Shown here: in pieces, positions 52,288 to 64,000 of the stretch | Position numbering within the stretch: the stretch's first letter is position 1 | Layout of the letters: every line of letters starts with the position of its first letter | Assembly: GCA_973895155.1 (NCBI GenBank) | Contig: OZ316894.1 | Coordinates: 21,423,867 to 21,487,866 of the forward strand | Reading direction: 5' to 3' | Length of the DNA stretch: 64,000 bases | Origin: Marsupella aquatica | Lineage: Eukaryota > Plantae > Marchantiophyta | Translations under genes and position numbers: made by a program | The notes under the pieces: generated by a model | Databases searched by the model: none | Told to the model about the DNA's origin: nothing | The model's input: the letters and a program-made list of their open reading frames with translations, nothing else

Positions 52288-52574
52288 TGGATCTTTTTCT
52301 GGCAACTCCCTGCTTCTCTAAAGAACATCAAGTTTCGTGTATACAAGATAGCGAGGATAACAGCCACGAGGAAATGGTCAAGAATGGTCTTGACCGAGCT
52401 CAGTCACTGCTTTAATTGGCCAGTGCTGGCTCAAGGCATGGTAGACACTATAATATACAAGTGACCCGATTTCTCCAGTTTGTCATAGAGACCAGACTAT
52501 ATTTAATACTCTTTGTCAACTTTATAGGTTTCTTCTGGTCTCAAATATGGCATATACGGTGTAGGACATCCCTC

Positions 52575-52849
52575 CTCGGGGGGTTAACTAAGTGTATATT
52601 TTGGGGTACCACGTGCGATCCTAGCCTAATATAAATAGACCTATTTTATAAAGAGAATATTCTCCATTTTCAATATTAATAACCTATTTTATTTTATAAA
52701 AATTATATATTAGAGAATATTCTATAAACATGAGTTTATAATACCTTCTTTTGCCTCCTACGCTTTTTAAAAATTTAGTTAATTTCTATCAAAATACCTA
52801 TTTTGGATCACACGTGGTTCCTAAGATTTTTGATAGTCAACCCCCCGAG
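52575..52849. mobile_element. 275-bp MITE with 8-bp TSD (hAT-like by TSD length)
   Basis: TIR CTCGGGGGGTTAACTA / TAGTCAACCCCCCGAG, inner IR GGTACCACGTGCGATCC / GGATCACACGTGGTTCC, TSD CATCCCTC at 52567-52574 and 52850-52857, empty sites at ~34685 and ~51315. Confidence 0.9.
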
Positions 52850-55099
52850 CATCCCTCCATACCATGATGACCTTTGTTATTTTCTTAAATCAATGAGCAT
52901 CCCTCCATACCATGATAACCTCTTTATTTTCTTTAAATCAACAAGTGCACACCGTACCATGTTTTATCACATTTTGATGTGTGATTACAGGTAGGGGTTT
53001 CTTTCCTGACTGCTTCAATTGGTGTTTTCTATATTGCAGATACAGGAAGGTAACGGTTTGAGCTGATATTGCTTTTGCTAAACTATCCGACCAGAGAGTA
53101 GCAAACAAAGATATCAGGTTTTTTTCTCATATCAAACTAATCATTAATGCCAAGCCTTTACAACTTATATTTCAAACTGCCAACAAACAAGGGGCGCCCA
53201 ACCAGTAGATATGATCCCTTGGACAAAAGACCCAAAAATCAAGGGGGGTGAACCAAAGGGCCAAGAAAGGCCAGGAAGCAAACAAACAAGAGAGCAACCA
53301 AAGACCTAAAACCCAGAAGCCCAAAGCCTACTGGTCGGCAATCAACAACCTCACCCCTACGAAGAATAGTGAACGCCTGTGTGCCCGCTGAAGTGCAACA
53401 CCCTGTCTTGAATTGAGGCTTTCTACTGAGTAGATTTCTGTCAGCCAGTCACATTGTGGGTTTGGTAGCCAGGGCATTTGCAGGTTGGACTGGATTGCTA
53501 ACTCTCAGTGGTAGATGCTATCGTTTGAGCATTTCTTGATTGGGTTAAATGCAGCATTGCCTCTGTCCCATGGAAATTTTAGTTATCGGTATTTGCCTCT
53601 CACCATGCCTAGGGGCCGTATTGTGTCTTTCGTGTTTCTTTCAGCACATGAATCCAAGATATGTAAAGGATGTTGCTATATTGCTATATGGCGCTTCACC
53701 TTTTGTATATCAAGCATATCATGAATTCTAGATGTGTAAATGATGTTGCTATATTGCTATGTGGCGCCTTTCCTGCTTTAGTCCTATTCAGATTTTTTTA
53801 TGTATATTTATTTCAATGTGCCGCAAAGAAGGTGCATCTTTTGTACTTTTGGAATTTGCAGTTTTTTTTGCCCCAGCTCATAATGTTTCTCATCTTTCCA
53901 TCCCATATTCAATGTTGCCCATCCTGAATACAATAGAGATTTCCATAAACACTAGGGAATAGTACTGAAAAATCAGTTTTGGGGCCAAAACGTCAAGTAC
54001 AGTAAAGTCCCTAAAAATGAGAAATCTGAAAAACTTGTGGTGAGATGCATTGTGCCCACCACAGCCCTGAGAAGCAATGTTAGGCACAGCCCAAAAGTCA
54101 GCATTGTCTGGTGGTGCACCAACAACCACTTTTAGCAGCTTAGAGCAGCACCACTAGTGTCAACAATGTTCAGAATGTCTTTCACAGAGCTCACCCTAAA
54201 TGGTGATTCTGAAACTCAAGCTTTTTAGCTAAAGTATGTGTTAGAAAACAGAGAAGTATGAGTTATTTTTATGTTTTGCTAAACAACATTTTGCACATAA
54301 ACTCCGAAAAAATAGTCATGATGAGTGAACATTGGAAAAAATAGAACTCAAATGTGTGCTAAGCCAACACATAAATTTTGCCACTTGGCTCACTTGTAGT
54401 ACGGTGTAGTGGTGCTAAAGTATCTGCAATTGAGTTATTGATTGGTGTACCTGCTTTGCAATGTTGTACCTTTACACTTGTACTTTTGATTTACACTGTA
54501 TCTTAAGTAACCTATTCAATTCTCTCTTCAAGAGCTAACTCCTAACTACAATTCCTTTTTTGATAACCTACCTCTGATACACATTTGCTTCTCTCTCCTT
54601 TTTACACATCTTCTCCTAATACACAATAGTAGGAGTGCCTTAGAGCGAACATTTTACATTCTGTATAACTGTTTGTAAGATCTTTGCAATGGAAAGGCAT
54701 GTCTGTGTGATTTCTCAGTTTTCAGGATTGGAAATTCTGCAATCCGGTCCTTTAAAAATCAAAATCAAGTGCGGAATAAATAAACTGCCTACCGATAGTT
54801 AAAAGCTGCTTCCGATACACTGTAAACTGCCTTATGGGATGGAAGGGTTCCCAAATTCTGTCCCCTGTTTGTAAGTCTTGGAAATTTGAAGGAGACCAGG
54901 GGTGATTTTTATTGTTCCTGGCCTACCAGCTCATGTCACGTAGGCACATGTTTATATTTCATAAATTTGCATATTTTGAGCATATTAGTATGTGGTGGGT
55001 TTATTAAATTCAGCTGGCAGAATTTGGAATGGCAAGAATTTTAAAGTGAGGAGAAATACCATGGCGGGGATGAAACTTTATTAATATCAGTAAACAGAA

Positions 55100-58000
55100 A
55101 TTACAATTGAATGACTCATGTGAGAGCCTCAATGAACGATAAGAATGTATGTTTCATGTGGGTGAAATGTCTGGAAGATATGATTCTGTCTAGTGGATAG
55201 ATGTTTCTTTTGAACGTTGCTTTGATGAATGAAGTCAACTGTGAGCTCAACCAGAAATGTTGAGATTCTCAGTGATACACAACTCTGGCGGAACGCTGTG
55301 ACTGAAGACCATCAACCGAAAACAGAGCTAACCTTCATGGAAAGTTGAGGTAGTTGGGAGCACTTGACAAAATCGTTGAGATGAATCACACTCGTACATC
55401 GACTTGAATGTGTCTGAGATGACAAAACGGAAGTCATGGCAAATGGGCAGCCCATTTCATCCACTTCACTCTTTCCTGGGTGTCGATCGTGGTTGTTGGA
55501 GTAGTCTCGTTGCATTAATTGTATTAAAGCCCTAATATGGTAGGCAGCAAATCAAATGCCCCCCCCCCCCCCGTCAAAGGCAAGAAGGACGAGAAAGAAC
55601 CGAGCAACACCACCATTTCCACCAAGCGAATTACTGACCCAACCTTTACAGTCACCCCTCCTCACAGTGCCGCTAAGCCAGTCAACCGTGGATGTGATTG
55701 GAAAATCCAGATTGGGTCCAGCCAAGCCTGGGCCATGTCACCAAACTTCAGTGAGCTTGTTCAAGCATTCTCGGTAGGATTCACAAAGTCAGGAAGCCTT
55801 CCACCCACACATACGCTGGAGGAGATAGTGTCCAGCGTTGATGAGTAGTGCAATTGTGGCTCTGTCACAATACTTTGTAAAAAAAATTGATTACCATACT
55901 TAATGGAAGCGATGGATGTATTTACCAAATTGAGTGACTTTTTATTGCATAAGCGTTCATTCCCCGTAGATCATGTCGAATGATTACAGGTCCATCTGCT
56001 TTGTCATTTAATAACGGCTTTTGCCTTATTGTTTGTGCCAATGCTTTGTGGATCGTTGCTGCCTCACCCTTGCACTGAACGGATGCTTCATCCAAAGCAA
56101 CATGCACTCCCAAGCAACACTATGAAATTCCCCATTATTGCCTTACATGGAACTTAGTGCTCGGATTGTCATTCATTGACACAGTGTAACATGAATCATA
56201 TATTTATTCTGAATATGGGCTCACCGACAAGGAACACGTAGTTACTATAATTTCCAAAATAGACTATGTGGAGTCTGAAACATATGGGCAATGTTCAACC
56301 TGTTCCCAACATATTGTACTAGCGCAAGTTTACTATCGACGAGCGGCTACACACTTGTACAAAATGCCAAGTAAGGCATGGTACCAGTTGGACCTCAACT
56401 GGACACTACTCTACAATGGCTCTTACAAAGTCAGGGACCAAACTACTCCGCCTACATATCGCCGCCATTCTCGTGAGTTGCAATAGGGCCTGTAAGTGCG
56501 TCCTTGAACACAAATATGACTCTGTGCATGCTGCAATTCTTCAGACGCTATGCTTCCTTTTGTGTCGTTGTATTTGTGAACACGTCAGCCTCAACGTCCT
56601 CAAGGAAGCGCTCCTCGTCCTTTTGTTCGGCATTGGACTCAGAAATCAGGTCCTCGTCTGAAGTGTCAATCCAAATAGCCTCCGCTTCAAGCTGTAATTC
56701 AACACACCATTTTGTGAGATGGATTGTCAGTGAAGCATGCAACATTACAAAAACAAATAATTGGGAATTATGGTTGTGGATTGGGGGTCTGAGATACAAT
56801 CACCTGCTTTGTTGCAAATTCGTCAGTACAGGAGAGAAGTTTCTTGCACATAGCCATCATGTTCGGCATGTAACTCTCCATGGCCTTTGCCTTATGGTCT
56901 GTCTTTCACTGCTTGTACTCGTTCTCTCCCAAGGTCTGAAATTGTGGCCAGCCGTACTCTTCCTCCCAAATAAGATTGTCGTGTTTTGAACGCATCCACA
57001 TGAGAGCATCTTTGCATAGCTGCTTCCGAAGCACCGCCATGGCATCGTGGACTTCAACTGCACCAAAGCAGCCATCCAATGGTTTGAAAAAAATCCGAAG
57101 AGTTGTGGTAGTGCGGGACAATCGCCCAACTTCACATTCGTCCAAGTGGGCATATGCATTATCTTGGATGTCACCAAGAGCTTGGGTGGTCCATGAACAA
57201 ACATATGATGAATGTGGGCAATTCAAAATCAAGGCTTGCAAGCAGCCCAGTTGCGGTCATTCATCAGACTGTCCCAAGCTTGGAACCCAAGTTTTGGCAT
57301 GAATAATTCAAAGAACATGATGAAGATACTCTGAGGCGCAATTATAGGTGGGGGTGATTTTCATGACTCTCTTCAAATCGGGTGACCCACTTGCTTTGAG
57401 TTGTTGCCCTGCACCAATGAATTCAAAACCAGTTGTGAACTGTCACAACAAGAAAGACGTCCGGGATTGCTACTGAATAGCAGTGGCTTGCATGAAGAAA
57501 GGCTTGCAGTACTTACTTCATCCTTCTTTTTGCCATGCTCCATCGCTGTCATAGTGTTCCCGTGCACTGTAGTAGTTGGGAGACATTTGTGCTCCTGGTT
57601 GCTTTCGTCGAGCTGCATTCCTCATCTCATGTGCATTGGTGCTGTGCAAGTGGGTCGTTTGTATACAATGATCTCGGGGTGCCTTCATTGATGAGTCCAT
57701 GCTTTTTGTAAACATGGCAACCATACGTGTGCAGGTTTTTAAACACAACATTTCTGCAAGGCAACATCTTGCAAACAGCACCAATGCCGTATCGAGAAAA
57801 ATGAACTCCCTCCTTAGCTTCACATGTCACTTCCTCGGTCACTTCAGACTCCTGTTCACAAGTATAAACCATGCAATATTACTCATTCGAAGTCCAACAT
57901 GTAATTCAACATGCACGAAAACAACTGCAAGAAAATGAATGATAGGCACGTTACTGCTTTGCAGTGGGCACATGGTTCATGTAATGCAGCACATTTGCAA

Positions 58001-59630
58001 AAATGTGCAGGCTTTGGCTGCAAATTCCCCTATGGAGATGGTTCATGTGTCTTGGCACCTTGGTCATTGCGGGTAGGATGCCTCTCCTCCACGTCGGTAT
58101 CTTGAAGCATGTCATCTCTATATTGAACACCAACCTTTGCTTTTCTTGGAGTATAGCGGGACTGGTCCCCTGTATTGAACACCAACCTTAGTTAGCTTGT
58201 CATGGGGTAAACTGGGTTGCTTGAACAGGGTTTACATCAGCTGGCCTCCTTAGACTTTCTTCTCTTTCCAAGTGGGCGGACAACCTCAGTTTCACTGTCG
58301 TCACACGCATTGGCATCACTAATGTTTAGGTTTGGCATGTGGGCTGTGGGCTCAGATGTCGCGGCTTTGGGGCTAGGTGGAGCTGGTGGACTTTCCACTG
58401 GAATTACAACAGGAGGTCCTACTACCTGAAGAGGTGGCCCTAAACTATTCCCTAAAGTCGGACCATTGGTAGTGCCAGGTGGTGCTTCCAGCGCCTGTAC
58501 TGGGACCATACTGGAATCCACCGTAACTATAGCAGGCTGTTTGTCCGCCTCCAACATAGGTTGGCTTTTGGCAGGACCCTATAATAAGAAAAGGAATGAT
58601 TCGGTGTGCAACGCATGCAGTAAGCAGGCTCAACATGTAAAGCAAGAACTGAAACTGTAAATGAGGTTTTCACCTACAATGCATAGTGGTAAGTACTTAG
58701 GAAGTGCCTGGGTCTTTGTGCGCGGCATTGGGTCTTGACACCTGCAATATGAATAGTGCAATGATATGCCACGCTTAGTGTGTTTACTGAGGGTGAATGA
58801 ATGGATGACAGTGTCGTATGATTTATTTTACATTGTACATTACTAGGCATTTCCGCCAACGATTGTAGAACATGACATAAAAACGCGTAGGCCCTGTTGT
58901 GGATCAGACGAAGCCTACGTCACTGCATGCAGTGAAATGCAATTGGGGAAGCACTCGGTTGAAAGTACAATTTTACTATAGTAAAGAAACCAAGAATAAA
59001 ATATTGAAGAGCATGCTTGACGCAAAGTGGCACACAAAATATAATTGCGAACAACATTATTTGTTTATCATCATACATAGTGAAGCTGGTGGTCCATCTT
59101 CAGTCCGAGCAACAAATTTACAAAACCTGCAATATTGTTCAACTCTGGCTGTTCGAAGCAAAATTGCTACATGTATGCATATATGTATGGCAATGATTTG
59201 CGCTAGAGTTATTCTGCATGCGACAATCTATCGGGTCTGCCCAGAGTAGGCATCTAACGATGAATTCAAGACTTCTACTAGGCGTCGAACGATGGAAGAG
59301 ATGGTGCCCTGCTGGCTGGAGTCATTGACATCAACATTGCAATCATCCTGTACCACCTCTGACTTTTCTCCTTGGCTTGATGTAGCTGTGGTGTAAGAGG
59401 AGGATGTCGGGCTCTTCATTGTCAGTATAGGCGCCGAAGTTGCAACTAGTTTTTGCGTGATTACTAGGGCAGGGGATGAATGTTGGATTCTAGATGTGGC
59501 AGTAACCACATTAAACTGTGGCCTTGACGGAGTCCAAGCGCGTGGAGGGTGCGGTGATCGACTGTGGTCCTTGCAATCCTTGTCGCCCAGGCCGCCCGCG
59601 TTTGGGTCCACAAACGGGATTGCGGCAATG
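55100..59630 (-). pseudogene. Fragmented minus-strand coding-like relic of unknown identity (probably TE-borne)
   Basis: Series of protein-like short ORFs (56548-57241, 58237-58557, 59228-59611) with stops and donor-like sites, co-oriented with the RPA-like ORF; no family recognised. Confidence 0.3.
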
Positions 59631-59637
59631 TGCTATT

Positions 59638-60215
59638 TCATGAAACAATGTCCAACTCGTGGACAGACAAAATTCCATGATTGATCTGAAACGTTACATT
59701 GCAAAGTGGCACCCCGAGTGGCGCATGCTTCACTGAATCATGGATGGCCTGGAACTGATCCACTGGCTCCATACATGCTAATGCACTTGTGGAGAGGCCC
59801 ACCAACTCTCTGGCGGCATCCCAAATTGTAGCTCGCAAGGCAGGCTTGCCGTATGATGAATGCAAAGTACCATCCGTCAACAATACCTCAAAATGGAAGA
59901 ATTCGGTGCATGTTCCATTTTGAATGGCATCATGCTCACAATGGTTCCCTCTGGGACCTTTGATAGAAATCTTACACATGCCTTGGGGAATGACCTCTGT
60001 ACAACCCCGATACTCAAATTTCTTTGGAAAAGGATTGTTGGCAATGAAATTTAACACCTCAACACTACACAGTCGCAGGAAACCCGTTTCCTCTCTCATG
60101 ACAGCACTGTGAACATCGAAAAGGGTTGTGGTCAACATGTAGAGCTGCCAGGTTACTGTCCTTTGTAGCTTCTTGCCATGTATGTTCTCACTATGGTCTC
60201 GCTATTCGACTGAGC
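59638..60215 (-). CDS. Replication protein A1 C-terminal OB-fold-like fragment (possible Helitron cargo)
   Basis: FEYRGC..CKISIK..HCEH..FFHFEVLLTDGT..LRATIWDAARELVGLSTSAL fits the Rep_fac-A_C pattern YxxC..CxKK..C..YxLxxxxxDxTG..xxTxFD.xAxxLxGxSAxxL. Confidence 0.55.
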
Positions 60216-62413
60216 AATTAGTAAGCTCTCTGCAAAAAGCAAAGAGCACAGTAAGCAGCAATTTCAGAATCCACTTATAAAAAATACCTAAACAATGAAT
60301 GTAAATTTGACTGACAAAATGGTGAATGAAGATCATACACATTCGCACGATGCGCTTAGCGATGGAATGTCGCCTGCCAGGGTAAGGAATAGTAAGGACA
60401 GGATGAGTATGTAAGCAAACTGCAACTGGCGGGAGGCGGGAATGTGCAATGGCATTCCCTTGGGTATTGTTCGGCCAATGGGATTCAATGGGCTGCGCTA
60501 CACCCAAAAAATCAAAAGTGTAACGTCATGCTGAATACAAATACGGCCATTCTAGGGCATTGCGCGAGCCGACCCGAGAAGAGGGATGGTCGCTGGTTGC
60601 GCAGAAGTGGGCCCGGGACCGGTGGCCGGACTTGGGGGGCTGGGCCATAGGGACAGCCCCGTCCTGCCTTTCAGGGGGAGGTGGCTTGGGCCAATGGTCC
60701 GGGAGGGACAGTCTGCCCGAACTGACCCCAAACTGCCCAAAACGCTAATAAGGTGTAACCCCCCAAAGCCTTACTGTCAATGGGCAATGTCGATGCATTA
60801 ATGTGCATCGATATTGCCAATCGTGCTGAATAACACTTCTTCGACTCTATTGCTAAACATGACTTCACTCGAAAGAAGTGTTTATTGCAAAACAGACATG
60901 TCTCAGATTGGAGCGATGTGTTGCCAGAAACATAAATCATAACTCCATAGGGAAGAGGCACTTGACAAAAACTAACCAATATTCTATCAATCATGATTCT
61001 TATATAACCAAAATACTATACTCTGCCTAAACACTTATCATGATTCTTATATATGGAAACTACTAAACTCTGCCTACACGCTTAGACTCTATTAGTAAAT
61101 AAACATGACTTCGTTGGAAAGAAGTGTTGCCCAAACATAAACCACTATTTCATAGAGAAAAAGTATTTGACAAAACATCAATCAAAGTTATCAATCAAGA
61201 CTCTTAATCAAAGTACTAGGCTCCCTCTCAACACTAATGTGAGAATCTCTTATGAAGCAAACATGACTCCCTTGGAAAAAAAGTGTTGCCAGAACATAAA
61301 GCACAAGGAAGAAAGGAAAAAAAGTGTGGCCAGATCATAAACCACTACTCCACAAGGAGATCGGGCCAAAACGGAGAACGGGCAACCAAAAAATATTGAA
61401 GCGCGCCAAAGTGGGAGACAAAATACTCGAACACTCCCTTCTTCAAGTCTTCTCACTCGGTGATGGCTGTCTGAGTGACTCGCGTTAGCTCCATGATCAC
61501 GTCGACACCCTCTCAACGATGTGTGAAGCCGCGCGGATGGAAGCCTAGATGTATCTTGCACCCTCCGTTGTTCCACAATCGGTCCAATTCCGCAGATTTT
61601 CAGAGTGAGACTCCACCTCTATATATCCTCGGCAGAAGAAGGATTCCCGTTGAAGTTTGTGAAAAGCAGTCCAGCTTGTTTGCTTTTGGGGTCGACTATG
61701 ATCAATTTTCCGAAATCTTGATGACTATTTCCGATGCAATCCTCTCCAAATAACCCGAAGCCAATCCTTACTAGTGGGTGAACTTTGAAATTTCCTCAAG
61801 GATGCCGTTGGTGCACCAGGGGAGCAGGATCTGGAATCTGGTCTTGTGTGACATCACTGCCATTCTACCGTCCACTGGAGGTACTGTTTGGCGCAAACGA
61901 GGACTCTCTCTCTGCCACCTCCTGAGAGAGGTTCAGATGGTGAGAGGTTTGTGAGTTCCAATTGCGATCCTTTGGGAACTCCAACGGGACCCCTTGAAGG
62001 CACGAGCAAGTCTTCATCTCTGGTGAAATGTTTTCTTCCTCGGTCTCTTTCCGCTGTTAGTCTCCATGTGGAGTGAATTCCGAACGAGAAGGGACGTTCT
62101 GTTTAAGTCCACCGCACCTCGTCCTTACGAAACGGTCGACATAAGATCAATTGAAATACGAGACGAAAGTCACCAACTCATCGATCTGCGTCTTCACGAT
62201 GCCGAACGAAGAAGCCGTGCCAATTTGCGCAGAGAGTTGGTACTTCATATACTGATGGAAAGGCTACGGTGTAAATAGGTGGAATCTCTGTGTGAAAATC
62301 GTATCACAACTGGTTGAATCCTTCCTCAATTTCATCGTCTGTGTATTCATGAAGATTCAGCAGGTGTGTTCCCGTGTGTCTTCAAGTGGCCGTTATTGAA
62401 TACCCTCTCAGAT

Positions 62414-64000
62414 ATGGTTGAATCGAATCTTATGGAAGCCTCTACGGCAGCGAATGGAATCAGCCAGGACTCGAAATTACGATTTCTGGGTCTCTTACTC
62501 TGGGGATGCAAGTCCCTATCAAATATGATTGAATCTATCTTCAATTTCATCCTGTGTCTATTCATCAAGCTTCGGAAGGTGTGTTCTGGTTCTTCTTCAA
62601 ATGGACCGTCGTTTCTGCCCCAGCTCACCCAGGTATGTCATTGTGCATCAGCCACTAGCCATGACCTCCTGGTCACGTTTCGTAGGCGTGTGAATGTAAT
62701 ACACGTGTGACAGCTAAATCTCTGAGCACTCCATGGTGCATCAATGCTTCATTTCTTGCTTTCGTGGTTTGTTTTTGTGGTTGGCTGTTGCATCCTCCCA
62801 ATTATTTTACTTACCCGTTCTGCGCTCGGCAGTTGGACGAGATGGTTTATGAAGTTTACACTCCCTTACCCAAACAAAAGCCAGACCTGGAAATCATCTT
62901 TGTTCATGGCCTTCAGTTGACTGAACAAAAGGAGGCATACATGACAACCTGGATGTCGTATGACAACTCCCAGCTTTGGTTGAAGACGTGGCCGGTGGAA
63001 CAGTTTCCTAAAGCTCGGATTCTGACAATCTCATATGACTGTTCCGCCAAAAGGAGTGATGGTGCTGGGATCTTGGATATGTACCGCACAACAGAGAATC
63101 TGATCCATGAACTTACGTGGGGTCGTGTTCGAGTTGGCCGGGAAGGATGCCCAGTGGTGTTTGTAGGCCATTGTGTGGGCGGTTTAGTTTTGAAGGACCT
63201 TTGTGTCAGGGCGGGAAACTTGTTGACTCGAGAAAGTCCAGAAAGTCCAGAATTTCATCGAGTCGATGACCTGTTCTCGAACCTACGAGGCATGTTCTTT
63301 TACGGCACACCGCACTTAGGATCGTTGTTGGGTGATGAGTTTCATCAACACCCAGGTGCACTGGCGGCACAAATAAAAGTCTTGAAGGCTTCCAACAGTA
63401 GAAGAAATGAGGAGTTTCTTAAGTTGAAGAATCGGTATAAGTGGGCAACCTATGGGATAGGCGAAGGACAAAAGACTTTTGTGGTATGGACAATCTGTTG
63501 ACCTTTCTCTTTTATTTTGACGGTGCATTCGTATTGGGCCTTTAATTCTCTTCCGTGCTAACCATACGTCCTGTCAGATCATTGGGAAATTTGTAATATA
63601 TAATCAGTTGCTCAACTCCAAGGGGCTCTCTTACCAGAACAATCAGCTTACTTTTATTTTCAAATTGTAATGTTTCTTAGCATTACTTATCATCCCATGA
63701 TTGAAGTTTAATGGATACAATATAATGGAAGGAAAAATACTTATATTTCCTCGGACTCTCCTGTGTCAACAATATTTTGAACTTAATAGTTCTAATCATC
63801 CTGGAATCTTCACAATTTTGGCCTGTGATTATTGACCTGGTTTTCTCCTATAGGGTGGTCTGGATAAATGTATTCGTGTGGTTGAGGAGGCATCATCTAG
63901 GGCGTACATGGATTCCTACTACACTGCTCGGACTTCAGACCATTTCAACATCTGCAAACCACGGGGGAAGAAGGATAGTGCTTTCCAAAAGCTTACAGAT
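62414..64000 (+). CDS. HNL copy 3, 5' part (exons 62414-62632, 62833-63483, 63854->64000), truncated by the window edge
   Basis: Highly similar to copy 2 with open frames and conserved splice sites; no lesions in the visible part. Confidence 0.85.

Noticed and set aside
54395-54625. Possible solo LTR (TG...CA, T-rich)
   Set aside because: No matching TSD and no second copy in the window

Overview
Eukaryotic land-plant nuclear DNA, probably a bryophyte/liverwort (inferred from spliced genes and hydrolase-NLRs). No prokaryotic operons or CRISPR arrays. The left part carries two intact housekeeping genes on +: a PRA1.H-type prenylated Rab acceptor (2151-3875) and a ~26-exon UPL6-type IQ-HECT E3 ligase (13607-23722). 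The same ~1.25-kb segment lies upstream of both. The right part is a tandem array of three alpha/beta-hydrolase-NB-ARC-LRR (HNL) immune-receptor units. Copy 1 is a pseudogene, disrupted by a 94-bp plastid trnP-UGG fragment in exon 1 plus two frameshifts. Copy 2 looks intact (~1398 aa) and copy 3 runs off the window. These receptors have a Cys in the nucleophile elbow (GHCVGG), MHT in place of MHD, NFPL in place of GLPL, hypervariable LRR strand residues, and an unassigned Cys-rich plus acidic C-terminal extension. A full-length Bianca-lineage Copia element (identical 110-bp LTRs, AGAAT TSD), a MITE with an 8-bp TSD, an RPA1-C-like (possibly Helitron) relic and several minisatellites are interspersed. 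Gene models were read by eye from splice signals and are unverified by RNA data.
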